From NCBI RefSeq assembly GCF_009914755.1, contig NC_060948.1: a stretch of DNA of 64,000 nt. One strand, written 5' to 3'. The stretch is from the human T2T-CHM13v2.0 reference genome, Homo sapiens. The notes under the pieces are model-generated. The model ran no database searches and had not been told where the DNA came from. It saw only the letters and a list, made by a program, of their open reading frames with translations. Position numbers and translations under genes: made by a program. Shown piece by piece: positions 1-46,525 of this stretch (position 1 is its first letter; every line of letters begins with the position of its first letter).

Positions 1-294
1 AAAGCCAGAGGCAGATTATTGGCAGATACGTGATAATTCTAAAGTCAAGTGAATACTACTTTTCTGTGATTATATAGTCTATCATTATGTGGACCTGCCA
101 TTGCTTAGGCACATAAAAACCTGAGGGCAAAAAAGGCACTCTTGCTCCCATGGGAGTTCATAATCGGGTTAACAAGAAAGTAACAACGACAAAAAAATTA
201 ATATAAAGAATCACTTAAAAATATTTATAGGCATATAGGACATGGAAAAAAATCAAGAATGAACAGGAAGTCTATGTTTGGCTAATTCACTTAA

Positions 295-341
295 CGTCAA
301 GAACGGAATCCCTTTGCTCCCCAACAGGCCCCTATGGTGGC

Positions 342-343
<2 letters not shown>
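295..343 (-). pseudogene. Exon-8-like pseudoexon with stop codon and lost donor
   Basis: polyT-aag|ATG CCA CCA TAG GGGCCTGTTGGGGAGCAAAGG...; the donor position reads ttaagt. Confidence 0.78.
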
Positions 344-376
<33 letters not shown>

Positions 377-1101
377 CACCAAAACTATTAAAGTATTCCT
401 ACACATTTTCAAAAACTCATGAGAAACACAATATTGAAGTCCTTATCCTGCTGTCTCCTTTTTTATTATAATAAAAGTAACAGAAAGGAAAACTTAAGTA
501 CATCATGTTTCTAGTCCATGACATTCTTCTTACTTTTATATTTGAAACTTCATCTTTCTCCAAATTTTCAGGAGTTGGCAATGTGGAAACCTCCAAGATA
601 CTACCTCTTTCAGTTTATTACCATAGATATAATTATGGGTCATAGATATACTTGTATCTATGAAAAGAGATCCAGAGAATTACTATCTTCAAACAGCCAG
701 CTAAAATGAAAATGTAATTGGGATTCTGTGCTCTGAAAAGTGCAGCAGAAATTTATTTCACTCTATCTCCCTAAGAAAATTCATGAAAGTCAGTTTGGAT
801 GTTTCATTCAGCTATTTCACAGTAAAGATGAAAACTACATCCAGAAGTAAAGGAGAGAACACCACATCTCAGAAATCTCTTCTACAGAAATGTTATTGCC
901 AGGTATATTCCTCTCAAAATACTACTTCATTACTTCTAAATAAGACAGATGTCTTCATTCTACACTAATTCTAAGTGTTTCCTTAAATTTTAGGTACACT
1001 TCACTAGTTTAAAATGACCAACTGTTCAGGAAATTTGTCTAAAAAAGTTAAAGGCCCCAATAATACCTGAAAGCAAATCATTTTACTCCCTCTTACATTA
1101 C

Positions 1102-35161
<34,060 letters not shown>

Positions 35162-35164
<3 letters not shown>

Positions 35165-35372
35165 GGTGGTGGCAGGCAGCAGCTCCCGACAGGCTCAAGG
35201 AGGAACAGAGGCAGTGTTTCACCCACCACTTCTGGGTCTGCTGGTGAAGTCCGCTGGAACACGCTGTGGGGCTTCGAGTGGTCAAAGGAGCCAAAGGCTA
35301 AGGTGTAAGGAAAACCAAGGGCGGGCGAACCCTCGGAGGTAGAACCGCCAGGCTGAGGAGCGCAGGCCGACT
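35162..35372 (-). CDS. DAZ1: DAZ1 exon 1 (5'UTR + ATG only; start approximate)
   Basis: GCCACCACCATG|GTGAGT on the minus strand, inside a CpG island. Confidence 0.85.
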
Positions 35373-37179
35373 GAGGCATGGACTGCGGGGCTCTGGGAGG
35401 TGGCTCCTGTGCCGGGTATCGGGGCGCGTGGTATCGGCCTGAGCCAATGGGTGGCAGCACACCCGCCCCCTGGAGGGTGGAGGCCTGCGGGGGATGACGG
35501 CCGTCCCCCACGCTGTGGGTGCGTAGAGTACGCAGGGTATGCCGTGCGTGTGTGCTGGCCAGTGCCTGGGTTCCAGGCAGGCACCGCCTCCAAAACACCC
35601 TTGAAATAAGTATGCATACTGAAATATATGGTATAGTTTTAAAAAATGATAATGTGTCTGGGCTGTAGTTTCAAAATGGCTTCCGGAATGCACAGGTTTA
35701 GCACAATCACTGTTAGCGTCACACCCACCCCAAAATCTTTTAAAGTACCTGCAGAAATAAATAGTAGCAAGTCTGTGGAAAACGGAGGGAGACATCAACA
35801 GGCCAGAAACTTGGACTCCTTTCTGTCAAGTTTGAGATATAAGGGGTTGGATGGGAGGGAACGCCAGTTTTGACATTCAGGATGTTCCTTCTTTCAAGAG
35901 ATAGTTACTGAGTGCCTGTGATTACCAGGTACTGCAGATGCAGGAGTGAACAGAATAAAATAATATCTCTTTGCTCAGGGATTTTACATTTTAATGGAAG
36001 ACTTCACCTTCTAGGACTTACAGAAAGACGCTAGGCCTGCCTAGAGACTTACAGAACATTCTCAAGATCAGAGCAAGGGCCTAGAGCGGGAGCAAGCTGT
36101 GGGGCAGGTGGTGGAGCCAATCACATAACTTTGGGGACCACTCCAGCACCTGGTTATGCACACAGGGCTACGTGGCTATGACCTTTATCCTCAAACTTCA
36201 CTTCTGTACTGACGGAAAGAATTAAAATGTGACTTTTTGAACTGGCAAAATGCTGGACTGCTATAACGTGAGACGTGTCTCACTACTGACATCTAGTAAT
36301 GCGGGATAAAAAAAAATAACGTTTTGTTTCCAATAGGCAGATAAGCCCATAAAAAAAGAAGGGAAATTCCAAGAACCAAAAATCAACTGAAAACCAGAGC
36401 AATGAATTGTTCAAATGATTGTTCTCCTGCCCTGGATATGGGGGCTGGGTTGTAGGGCAGCCAGTCATACTCGTTTGCCCAGGACTTACTGGTTTTAGCA
36501 CTGAGAAATTCCTGCATCCCTAAGGAAACCAGAAGGATTGGTCCTCCTAGGTGTGGGCAAAATGTTACTCTCTCTAACTTGAGGTCTGGATGTTTAGGGG
36601 CAGGAGGTAAGGGCTCAAGGTGGGAGCTGGAACTGAGTACTCTGCAAAAAGCCATTGTCCCTAAAATCCTTAGGAAAAGGATGGAGTGGGGAAAATATAA
36701 ATCACCCATGAACGAGCAGATGAGGAAGCTTGCCCCATCTCTGGATGAAGAAAATACGTATTTAACTCTCATTATATTTTAAAACCCTAGACCTGCATTT
36801 CATCAAAGTTTGGGGTTTAAATCTGTGACATATTATTGGAATCTGCAAGCCAAGAAATGGGTCCTCCTACACCATCACCCTCTCTCCTGCCTAAAGAGAT
36901 CCTAGACATGGGGCATCTAGAATGCCTGGCAGAAGCAAACATAAAGCCGACTTGGATGAATCCTTCTACAACCTAGGCTGAAAGAAAATGATCCTTTAAG
37001 GACACGCTCACAGTAAAAATTTATACAACACTACTTATCTTGAATAAGAATGGCATACAAACAAGAAAGTTAAAACTTACAGAAGAAGCTTCTCAGTAGC
37101 AATAGAAACTAGAAGATAACAGTAATATGCTCACGTGTGTATGTGTTTTGTTTTGTGTTTTTTCTTTTTGTCACGTTAT

Positions 37180-37880
37180 TTTATTCCTCAACTTATTTGG
37201 AGTAATGCAGTCTATATTTTTAAGTGACTGTTTTACTATTTGAAAATGTAAACTTAAAATATAAAGCTAATACATAGCTTTACTCTCCTCTTGAATAATA
37301 CAAAGGCCTTTAGGATGTTTTAGCTTTGGACACCCTCCCCTCTCTCAGTTTATATGTTATTCACTATTTTAGCTCTATCCTGGTTTCACCATATAAATTA
37401 GACATCGTTTTTTTAGACCCATCCACATATGTAGTAACATTTTGCTTACCATTTCTTTGCATATCTCAGATCTGCCTTCTGAATCATTTTCCTTACGCCT
37501 GTAGCAAATTCTTTATAATTTCCTTGTGTGACAGTGTGATGTGGTAAACTCTTGGGTTTTTTTCTACCTAAAATATTTTGATTTTTCCCTGTTGTTTCAT
37601 AATTATACTGAATATATAATTCTAGGTTTAAAAGTATTTTCCCTCTCAGAATATTGAGCATATTACTCTGTTATCTTCTAGTTTCTATTGCAACTGAGAA
37701 ATCTGCTGTCAGTCTTTTTGCTGTGTAAGATCAGTTTTTCTTTGGTGTTCTGAACTTTCACAATGATGTAAGTAGGTGTGGAGTTTTTAAAAATTTTGCC
37801 TGCTTAGGAGTTTTAACACTTTCTGGATTTGTGTATTAGTTCTTAACAGTTCTGAACAGTTTCACCCATTTTCTTGTTAA
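37180..37880 (-). mobile_element. Old L1M fragment (mirror ~53390-54090)
   Basis: T-rich degenerate L1-like sequence (ATAATTCTAGGTT...GAGAAATCTGCTGTCAGTCT). Confidence 0.5.
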
Positions 37881-38669
37881 AGGTTAGCTGGTCAAGGGAT
37901 CAAACATTATTTGTATTTTATATTTCATAAGTGATTCTTAGAATTTTCTTTAGATCATGAATTTTTTAAAGGCTGGTGCTGTTTTCTTGAAATCTTATGA
38001 AATCTCTTAAAAAATTTTTAGGATCAAAACTGATTGTATCCATTTCAATGTGTTAAGTAAGATTAGTGGCATAATTCGTATCAGCTCAGAAATAGATCTC
38101 TATATTTCTTCCTATATGCTGGGGGAGAAGAAAAAATGCTGGTGTCTTTGAACACCTCTGCCAGTTCTTCTGTGCTCCTAAAGCCTACGGCTTTGGAAAG
38201 AAGGCTACGTTTGTATAGGCACACTTGAATTTCAATCACTTGCAAATCATTTTCAAGATTTTTGTTTTATCTGCCCTGAGCGTCTATTATTATTTACCTG
38301 TTTTTAAAATTAACTTATTGTCCTAAACAATAACATTTGCAAGATCAGATGTACTGTTTTAGCTACATTTTAAACGGTGACATTAAAATAAATACAGAAA
38401 GATTCAAATTTAAAACACTGTTTGTTTATGCGTCACTTCATACCACATTCTGCCAGGTCAACAGGTAACATGGTTTTGGGAAACACTGGACTAGCAGAAC
38501 TCCATAGAGCTTTAGATATGCAAAGTTAGGCCCAAGGGACTAAAGAGTAGAGTTTCAAATTGTTCTGCCTAATAAATGAGAATAATCAAATTACAAGGGG
38601 AGAAACCAAGCAAGGGGGTGGGGGGAGAAGTGGAAGTCCTGGAAGCTGGAGAAAAGAAGTAACCTTGCA

Positions 38670-38964
38670 GGTTGGCTTATTTGCTCACACCTGTAATTCT
38701 CACACTTTGGGAGGCTGAGCCCGATGGATCGCCCAAGTTCAGGTGTTTGAGACCAGTCTGGGGAACATGGGAAAACCCTGTCTCTACCAAAAATACCAAA
38801 AATTAGCTGGGTGTGGCAGTGTGCAGCTGTGGTCCCTGCTCCTCAGGAGGCTGAGGTGGGAGGATCATTTGAGTCTGGGAGGTGGCGGTTGCAGTGAGCC
38901 AAGATTGCCCCCACTGCATTCCAGCCTGGGTGACACAGTGAGACTCCTTCTCAGAAAAATGAAA
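38670..38964 (+). mobile_element. AluJ-type element with TSD TAACCTTGCA (mirror ~52305-52599)
   Basis: Diverged dimeric Alu with GGAGGATCATTTGAG; flanking direct repeat. Confidence 0.85.
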
Positions 38965-39274
38965 TTAACCTTGCAAAGAGACAAGAAGTTGGAGCCTGCA
39001 GTGAAAGATGTCTGAGTATATTAGAAACTTTTTTTTATATATGTTTTAAATAATTTATATTTTTTAAATATAATTTTAAAAATTATATTTATTGTTTAAA
39101 TAAATTTAACTATTTTTTAAACAAATTTAAAAAACTTGTATGTCCGTGCCTCACCCCAAACCAACTAAATCAGCTGAGGGCAGGGCTCAGAAGTCAATAT
39201 TTTTTTTAAGGAAATGTTTGTCTTGTTACTCCAATATGGGGCCAAATTTGAAAATTGGTGCTATTGGTGCTATG

Positions 39275-39440
39275 GAGGCTTGCTACTCAGTGTATGTAAT
39301 CCTCAGATCAGCAACTTCACATCACGCGGGTGCTGTAAAATCTCAGGTCCCATGCCAAACCTACTGAATCAGAGTCTGCATTTTAACAAGATCTCCAAAT
39401 GGCTCATGTGCACACTGACTGACGGTCAAGAAACATTGCC
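39275..39440. mobile_element. MER5A-like relic (mirror ~51830-51995)
   Basis: CCTACTGAATCAGAGTCTGCATTTTAACAAGATCTCC motif. Confidence 0.7.
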
Positions 39441-40669
39441 ATCGAGAGCGCTTGTCATAAACAAGTTGCACCCCCCCTGGATCTGAGAATGCTTCACCTT
39501 ATAAATAAATAGTCTACTTTCTCAGCCTTTCTTGCAGCTACATCTTGGGCAGGTAACCTACACAACAGCAGTGAGATGCACCCATCCCAAATTTTGAAGA
39601 GGGGACTGCTGATGCTGTAAAGAAGGGACTGCAGAGAATTCTTTCTGGAGAAGAGTATCAACAGCAGCAGCGGCAGCCATGGTATCGGTTAGAGCTGCGG
39701 TGGCCACTACTGTCAGTTGTGCAAGCCACGATGTAACTCAGTGCCCAGTGGTGACAGCTGAGGTTTCTTCACTGGACAAGTTCTGCGGCACGGTTTTGTG
39801 TGTCATTCCTGGAGACAACCTGGCTCTTTGGTTCATTTTGAGATTCTGTGGGCTAGTTATCCAATAAATTTTAATAAGTTGTTCTCCTGTTTAAACCAGC
39901 CAAAACTTCTGTGACTATTGCTTGCAACGAAGCATCTTGACTACATTAGGTGATGAGTGAGGTTAGCCAGACTGCTTTTAAAAAGAAGGTTAACAGCTAA
40001 AAGATTTATGACTCTTTACTGTGATTATGTAGCATACTGTCCTGCTATAGTGTCCAACCTTTACCAAGCTTCCAGTACACACACAAATGCCTTATGTCAG
40101 CGGTATTTTGTGAGGAGTGTCAAGGACACTGTCCGTTGCAACATGGGTCAGGGACAGCATGCTGATCCACAGCAAGATGATATGTAGATGAAATAATTCA
40201 GTAGGAACAGTAGCTTACAGCCAAAAGTGACCTGGAAAAGCAAAAATCATGAGCTCAGTATGCCCAGCAAGATAGAAAGAAATATGTGCTATTCCCATTG
40301 CATGTTAGCAGATGTTTAAACCAATTCCATTTAAATCTCAGGGTATGGTGCCTCATCTTCTGTTGGACCTGTATTCGTGTGGTCCAGCATAGCAACACAC
40401 ATCTCGTGTACACTTGTGCATACTTACAGATATGTCTATCAACTGAGCAACATTGGCTTAAGCCCTGCCTGTTCACCTTTAATCCTACTACCTGCAATAA
40501 TAGTTTATTCAGTCAAAACTTAAATCTCCTAAGCAGATTGTCTGAATTTTGGGATTGGTCTGAAGCAAACGTGCATAATCTTCATGATGGCCTCTTGATT
40601 CTAAATATTAAATATTTAACTGAAAAATTATCAGTTTGTTAAAAGTAATAATATTGACACAAGGCACTG

Positions 40670-40900
40670 ATACTGATACGGTGCATACTATGTACCAGGC
40701 ATTATTGTAATCATTTTACTTCTAGTTCATCTAATCCTCATAACAATACTAGGTGCTATTATTATCTCAATTTTATGGAGAAGGAAGTAGAGGTACACAG
40801 AGGTTGGATAACTTGCCTGAGATCATAGTTGGTAGGCATCAGAGCTGTGATTTAAACCCAGTCAGACTTTAACATCTGAGTTCTCAACCAGTATGCTATA
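40670..40900 (-). mobile_element. MIR relic (mirror ~50370-50600)
   Basis: TAATCCTCATAACAA...ATTATTATCTCAATTTTA...GAGGTACACAGAGGTTGGATAACTTGCCTGAGATCA core. Confidence 0.75.
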
Positions 40901-41022
40901 TTAGCAAACTACATGGAGGAAGAAAGGGGTAATATAGTGGGACAAATTTATGTATTAAATGTCTTGTTCCCATGAGAGTAGCTAAACAAAGAAGCAAAAC
41001 CACAAATCTAAGCCCTAAACAA

Positions 41023-41878
41023 CACTATGGTCTGAATGTTTGCCCCCACTCAACCTCTCACCTGTACATATGTTGAAACTCTAGTCCCTGGGGTGATGGT
41101 ATCAGGAAGCGGAGCCTTTGGGAGATGAATTAGGTCCTAAGGGCAGAGCGTTCGTGAATGAATGATGGTATTAGGAAGTGGAGCCTTTGGGAGACGAATT
41201 ATGTCATGAGGCCAGAGCTTTGGTGAATGGGATTGATGCCCTTGTAAAAGAGGACTCGGGGAGCTTAGTTACTCCTTCTACCATGTAAGAATACAGCAAG
41301 AAGTTGGCAGTCTGCACCCCAGAAAAGTGTCCTCACCAGAACCTCACCGTGCTGACACCCTGGTCTTGGACTTGCCAGTCTCCAAAACTGTGAGATACAA
41401 ATTTCTGTTGTTTATAAGCCATCCAGGTTCAGGTATTGTTATTATAAGAGCCTGAACAGATTAAGAAAGGTAGTACTGGGAGAGGGGTGCTGCTATAATA
41501 AATGCCTAAAACTATGGAATCAGTTTTGTAAATGGGTAATGGGTAGAGGCTGGAAGAGTTTTGACATGTATCCTAGAAAAATGCTACACTGCTGTGAACA
41601 GACCAGGCCATAAAGGGTGATTCTGATGAGGGTTCAGAAGGAGAAAAGGAGAGCTGTAGAGAAAACTTGACTCTTCTTAGAGAGTACCTAAGTAGTTGTG
41701 AAGAGACTTAGTAGAAATATAGACAGTAAAGACCATTCTGACGTGAGGAACATGTTATTGGAGACTAGAGGAAAGACAATCCTTGTTACAAAGTAGCAAC
41801 AAACTTGGATAAATCATGTTCATGTACTATTGTTTTGTGGAGTATTGCTTTTACTATAGCAGCCTGAACAGATAATAC
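41023..41878 (+). mobile_element. MLT1A/MST-like MaLR LTR plus internal fragment (mirror ~49391-50246)
   Basis: CTATGGTCTGAATGTTTG start, ...AAATTTCTGTTGTTTATAAGCCA near the end, then MaLR-internal GGGGTGCTGCTATAA. Confidence 0.75.
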
Positions 41879-42741
41879 TTCTATCTACACTAATGAATTG
41901 CTCCAAAACAATTGGCCCTTGAGGAGCCTATCTGCTTAACAAAAGTAAAATTTCCACATTTCCTTCTGAATTTTGCCTGTTAACAAATCTTTCAGTACTT
42001 TTTTCAAATGTTGGAATCAATCTCATCTCTACACCACTGACTGCCTACTCACACACATACTTCTCCCAGTTGCTTTGAAACTGCTTTTTCTGCATCAGGA
42101 GGCATCACTACTGAGCAAACTCTTGCAAATCACAAGTTGAACACTTGTGGAGAAAGCAGAGAGAAAAAGCTGGTATAACTCACTCTTCTTCCTTTCCTCA
42201 TCCCTAATCATGCTAACCTTCATTTCCTTAGTTTTATTCTTTCTACATTCATTTTTTGTTTCTTATCCATTTTTGACAATACGAGTAATAGATAATATGT
42301 GCCCCTTTCTTTAAAATACTAAAAACATTCAGGTAGGCTTAAGTTACCTTTTGACCACCAGCTCTACATCCCAGATCCATTCCCAGAGATGGGTAGTTTG
42401 GTGTAAATCCTTTCAGATGTTTTTCTAGATGTTTCCTTTTATACACTTATAGGGAACATTTGATATTTGAACTTACAGAACATATTTACTAACATAAAAT
42501 ATGTGGCATTTTTATTATACTTGTAATAGAGAAATTATATTCATATAATAAGTACTATGTGTATGTATACATATTGTAGAAAATGTATGCTTACACTATA
42601 TATTTATACTTAGAGGGTATATAGAGGGAATATATATTATTTGGGGTATATGTTCTTGAACAAAAATGCTATTAAAATGTATGTAACTTGATTTTTTTCC
42701 TCCAAGAACATGACTCAGAAATACCTACATTAACAGGTAGA

Positions 42742-42872
42742 TTTTTTTTCTTTTTTAGAAATGAGGTCTTGCTGTATTGCCCAGGCTGGCCTGGAACTCC
42801 TGGGTTCAAGTGATCCTCCCACCTCAGCCTATGAGTAGCTGGGACTATGGGGGTACACCATCACACCCAGTT
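42742..42872 (-). mobile_element. Alu monomer (FLAM-like; mirror ~48397-48527)
   Basis: Single 7SL-derived arm with T tract. Confidence 0.75.
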
Positions 42873-42899
42873 ACTCAGAAATTTCTAATGTCAGCACAT

Positions 42900-43460
42900 A
42901 TATATATACTTAATTCCTTTTAACTTTGGCATAATTTTACATAATATGGATATGCCACCATTATTAGCCATTCCCTGGTCAATGGACATTTAGGTCACTT
43001 GTGCTTTGTCGTAGTTATTAATAATATACAATGAACCTCTCTCATTGGAGCCAAATGAGTATTTATTTTTTCTGGGGGTGAACGCCAAGAGATATATCTG
43101 TCGGGTCATGGATATGCACATTTCAAATTTTAATAGATATCAGAAAATTGCCCTTTGAAGTGTTGTGCCAGTATGTACCAATTTACACTCCACCATTTGT
43201 GAGTTAGAGTCTTCATTTGTCTATTCACTTTCCAATATTGATATCACTGCTCTTTAATTTGCCAACCTGATGGTCAAGAAGTGGCATCTCATTTTCATTT
43301 TACTTTGGTTTTCCCTGATTGCTCATGGAGTTAAACTTTTTTCTACTGTTTGTTGACTGTTTGGATTCCTCATTGCTGAGAGACCTGTTCATAGCCTCCG
43401 GTCATTTTTCATTTGAGTTGCTTGTCTTTATCATATTGTTTTGTGGTAATCTGGCTTCTT
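42900..43460 (-). mobile_element. Old L1M 3' fragment (mirror ~47810-48370)
   Basis: ATGGACATTTAGGT...TTTACACTCCACC...GGCATCTCATT...TTCCCTGATT pattern. Confidence 0.6.
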
Positions 43461-43464
43461 TCAT

Positions 43465-43791
43465 TTTTTTGTTTGTTTGTTTGTTTGTTGTTTTGTTTTC
43501 TTTTGTTTTCAGGCAGAGTCTGGCTCTGTTGCCCAGACTGGTGTGCAGTGGCGCGATCTTGGCTCACTGCAACCTCTGCCTCCCAGGTTAAACTGATTCT
43601 CCTGCCTCAGTGTCCAGTGTAGCTGGGACTACAGGCACACACCACCACGCCTGGCTAATTTTTGTAGTTTTAGTACAGATGAGGCTTCACCATATTGGTC
43701 AGGCTGGTCTCGAACTCCTGACCTCAGGTGATCCACCCACCTCAGCCTCCCAAAGTGCTGGGATTACCGGCATGAGCCACCACACCCAGCC
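43465..43791 (-). mobile_element. AluS-type element (mirror ~47478-47804)
   Basis: Full Alu with (TTTG)n tail. Confidence 0.88.
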
Positions 43792-44569
43792 AGCTTCCTT
43801 CTTTATCTTCCTCCTCAGTCCCTCAGGCAAAGGTGCAGCGGTATTGGTGCCTCTTTGAAGTTCCACTTCAGTGTGATGAACTACAGTTACATTTATTTTC
43901 AAGAATTTCTTTTCCTAAACTGGAGAAATTTAAGCCATGAATCAGAGAGAAAGGGAAATCTCTGGTGTAAACATTAACCACTGAAACTTTCAATGTCTTT
44001 GAACCCGTCAACTCTGCTGGACCTCTTTCTAAAAAACAGATGAGAGTTGTTACTCAAGTCAGTTAGCCCTTTAGTACTTTCAAACATTTTTTTTTTAGGA
44101 GCTCAAGGAATTGCCAGAGAGAAGGAGAACTGTTAGCTCTGATTTCTAAAGAGCTTTCCTAAATATTGATTGCATTTTTTAGGCAATGCGACAATCTCAA
44201 AGCACTTTGCTAAGGGCGACATTGTGTTGAGGTCTAACTGTTAAATTTCTCATCTTGCCCCGATTCCCTTAATTTACAATGAGAATATCTGTAGAGAAAT
44301 GAGGTGAGACATCAGGTGAGTAAATACACATTAACAGGGGCAGCATTTACAGATTAGCAGGGAAGGTTCTGATGACAACTTGATTAATGCAAAACTAAAT
44401 TAATCAATCTCTGATCACCACAAAAAGGAGCGGGTGAAATGTTTCTTTTTTCCTCATGAAGGATTTTTTTTTTTCTGTGACTTACGTGGCATTGACTGAA
44501 AAAAAAAAAGTCCACAATTTCAAAACCCTTTTGGCAAAAACTTTATGTACCTCTAGCTAGCATTGGGTC

Positions 44570-45938
44570 CAGGTTCCAACATTTCACCCAAAAGTCCAAG
44601 TTCAAAGTCTCACCTGAGACAAGGCAAGTCTCACGTATGAGCCTGTAAAATCAAAAGTAAGTTAGTAACTTCCTAGATACAATGAGGGTACAGGCATTGA
44701 GTAAATACACCCATTCCAAATGGGTGAAATTGGCTAAAATGAAGGTGCAGCAGACCCCATGCAAAGTCTGAAATCTTCAGGGCAGCCAAATCTTAAGCTC
44801 TGCAGTGATCTCCTTTGACTTCATGTCTCATATCTAGATCATGCTGATACAAGAGATGGGTTCCCATGGCCTTAGGCGCTCCACCCCTGTGGTTTGCAGA
44901 GTACAACCCCCTTCCTGGCTGCTTTCACAGGCTGGCATTGAATGTATTTTGTATTTTCCAGGAGCACAGTGCCATTCTGGGGCAGATCCCTAGACATGCA
45001 GGCATTGTCATGCATCCTCTGAAATCTAGGCAGAGGTTCCTAAACCTAACTTCTTGGCTTCTGTGCACCCACAGGCTCAACAGCACATGGGAGATGCCAA
45101 GGCTTGGGGCTTGCAGCCTCTGAAGCAATAGCCTGAGCTCTGTGTTATCCCCTTTTACCCATGGCTGGGATGCATGGCACCAAGTCCCAAGACTGCACAA
45201 AGCAGCAAGGCCCTGTGCCCAGCCCATGAAACCATTTTTTCCCCCTAGGCCTCCAGGTCTGTAATAAGAGGGGCTGCTATGAAGTTCTCTGGCATGCCCT
45301 GGAGACATCTTCCCCACTGTCTTGGTGACTATCATTTGGTTCCTTGTTACTTATGCAAATTTCTGAAGCCAGCTCAAATTTCTCAACAGAAAATGGGTTT
45401 TTCTTTCTTTTCTGTCACATCATGAGGTTACAAATTTTCAAAACTTTTACACTCCATTTCACTTTTAAACATAAGTTCCAATTCCAAACCATCTCTTTAT
45501 GAGTGCATAAAACTGAGTGATTTTAGGAGCATCCAAGTCAATTCTTGAACACATTGCTGCTGAGAAATTTCTTCCACCAGATACCCTAAATCTTCTCCTT
45601 CAAGCTCAAAGTTCCACAGATCTCTAGGGTAGGTGCAAAATGCTCCCAGTCTCTTTGCTAAATTATAGCAATAGTCACCTTTATTCTGCTTCCCAACAAG
45701 TTCCTCATCTCCATCTGAGACCACATCAGCCTGGACTTCATTGTCTATATCATTATCAGCATTTTGGTGAAAGACATTCAACAAGTCTCTAGGAAGTTCC
45801 AAATTTTCCCTCATTTTCTTGTCTTCTTCTGAGCCCTCCAAACTGTTCCAACCTCCGCCTGTTACCCCGTTCCAAAGATGCTTCCACATTCTTGGATATC
45901 TTTATAGCAGCACCCCACTCTCAGTCATACCAACTTAC
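44570..45938 (-). mobile_element. THE1 internal region, 3'-truncated at the arm boundary
   Basis: Follows the LTR; contains the degenerate MaLR ORF (WNSLEGSEED...LELPRDLLN); no second LTR. Confidence 0.85.
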
Positions 45939-46311
45939 TGTATTAGGCCATTTTCATACTGCTATAAATAACTGCCCAAGACTGAGTAATTTACAAAGGA
46001 AAAATGGTCTAATTGACTCACAGTTCAGCATGCCTGGAGAGGCCTCAGGAAACTTACAATCATGGTGGAAGGTGAAGGGGAGGCAAGGCACCTTATTCAC
46101 AAGGTAGCAGGAAAAACTGCCAAGGGAAGGGGGAAGACACCCTCATAAAACCATCAGATCTCATGAGAACTCATTATCATTAGAACGGTATGGGGGAAGC
46201 TGTCCCTACGATTCAATTACCGCCACCTGGTGTCTCCCTTGACATTTCGGGATTATGGGGATTACAATTCATGATGAGATTTGGGTGAGGACACAAAGCC
46301 TAACCATATCA
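45939..46311 (-). mobile_element. THE1-family (MaLR) 5' LTR
   Basis: Minus strand TGATATGGTTAGG...CCTAATACA, 373 bp, TG...CA termini. Confidence 0.88.
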
Positions 46312-46525
46312 GACCCCATCTCTACAAAAAATACAAAAATGAAAACAAAATTAACTGGACATGGTGGCATGAACCCATAGTATTAGCTTCTTGGGAGGCT
46401 GAGGTGGGAGGATCCCTTGAGCCCAGGAATTTGAGACTGCAGTGAGCTATGACAACACCACCGTACTCCAGCCTAGCTGACAGAACGAGACCTGTCTCTT
46501 AAAAACGGAACAAAACAAAATAAAA
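46312..46525 (+). mobile_element. AluJ 3' portion interrupted by THE1
   Basis: Begins mid-left-arm (GACCCCATCTCTACAAAA) immediately after the LTR. Confidence 0.8.

Noticed and set aside
347-373. Long polyA runs (also ~2802, ~13640, ~24487) as retrocopy tails
   Set aside because: They are the minus-strand polypyrimidine tracts of exon-8 relics, with no TSD or retro body.
39025-39135. AT-only stretch with apparent self-complementarity
   Set aside because: Low-complexity sequence; the symmetry is what composition alone would give.
43319-43902. ORFs overlapping Alu elements (also 31405, 33142, 38743 and mirrors)
   Set aside because: Typical Alu-derived spurious translations.
45497-45889. 130-aa ORF in the spacer
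   Set aside because: Degenerate THE1 internal ORF relic, not an independent gene.
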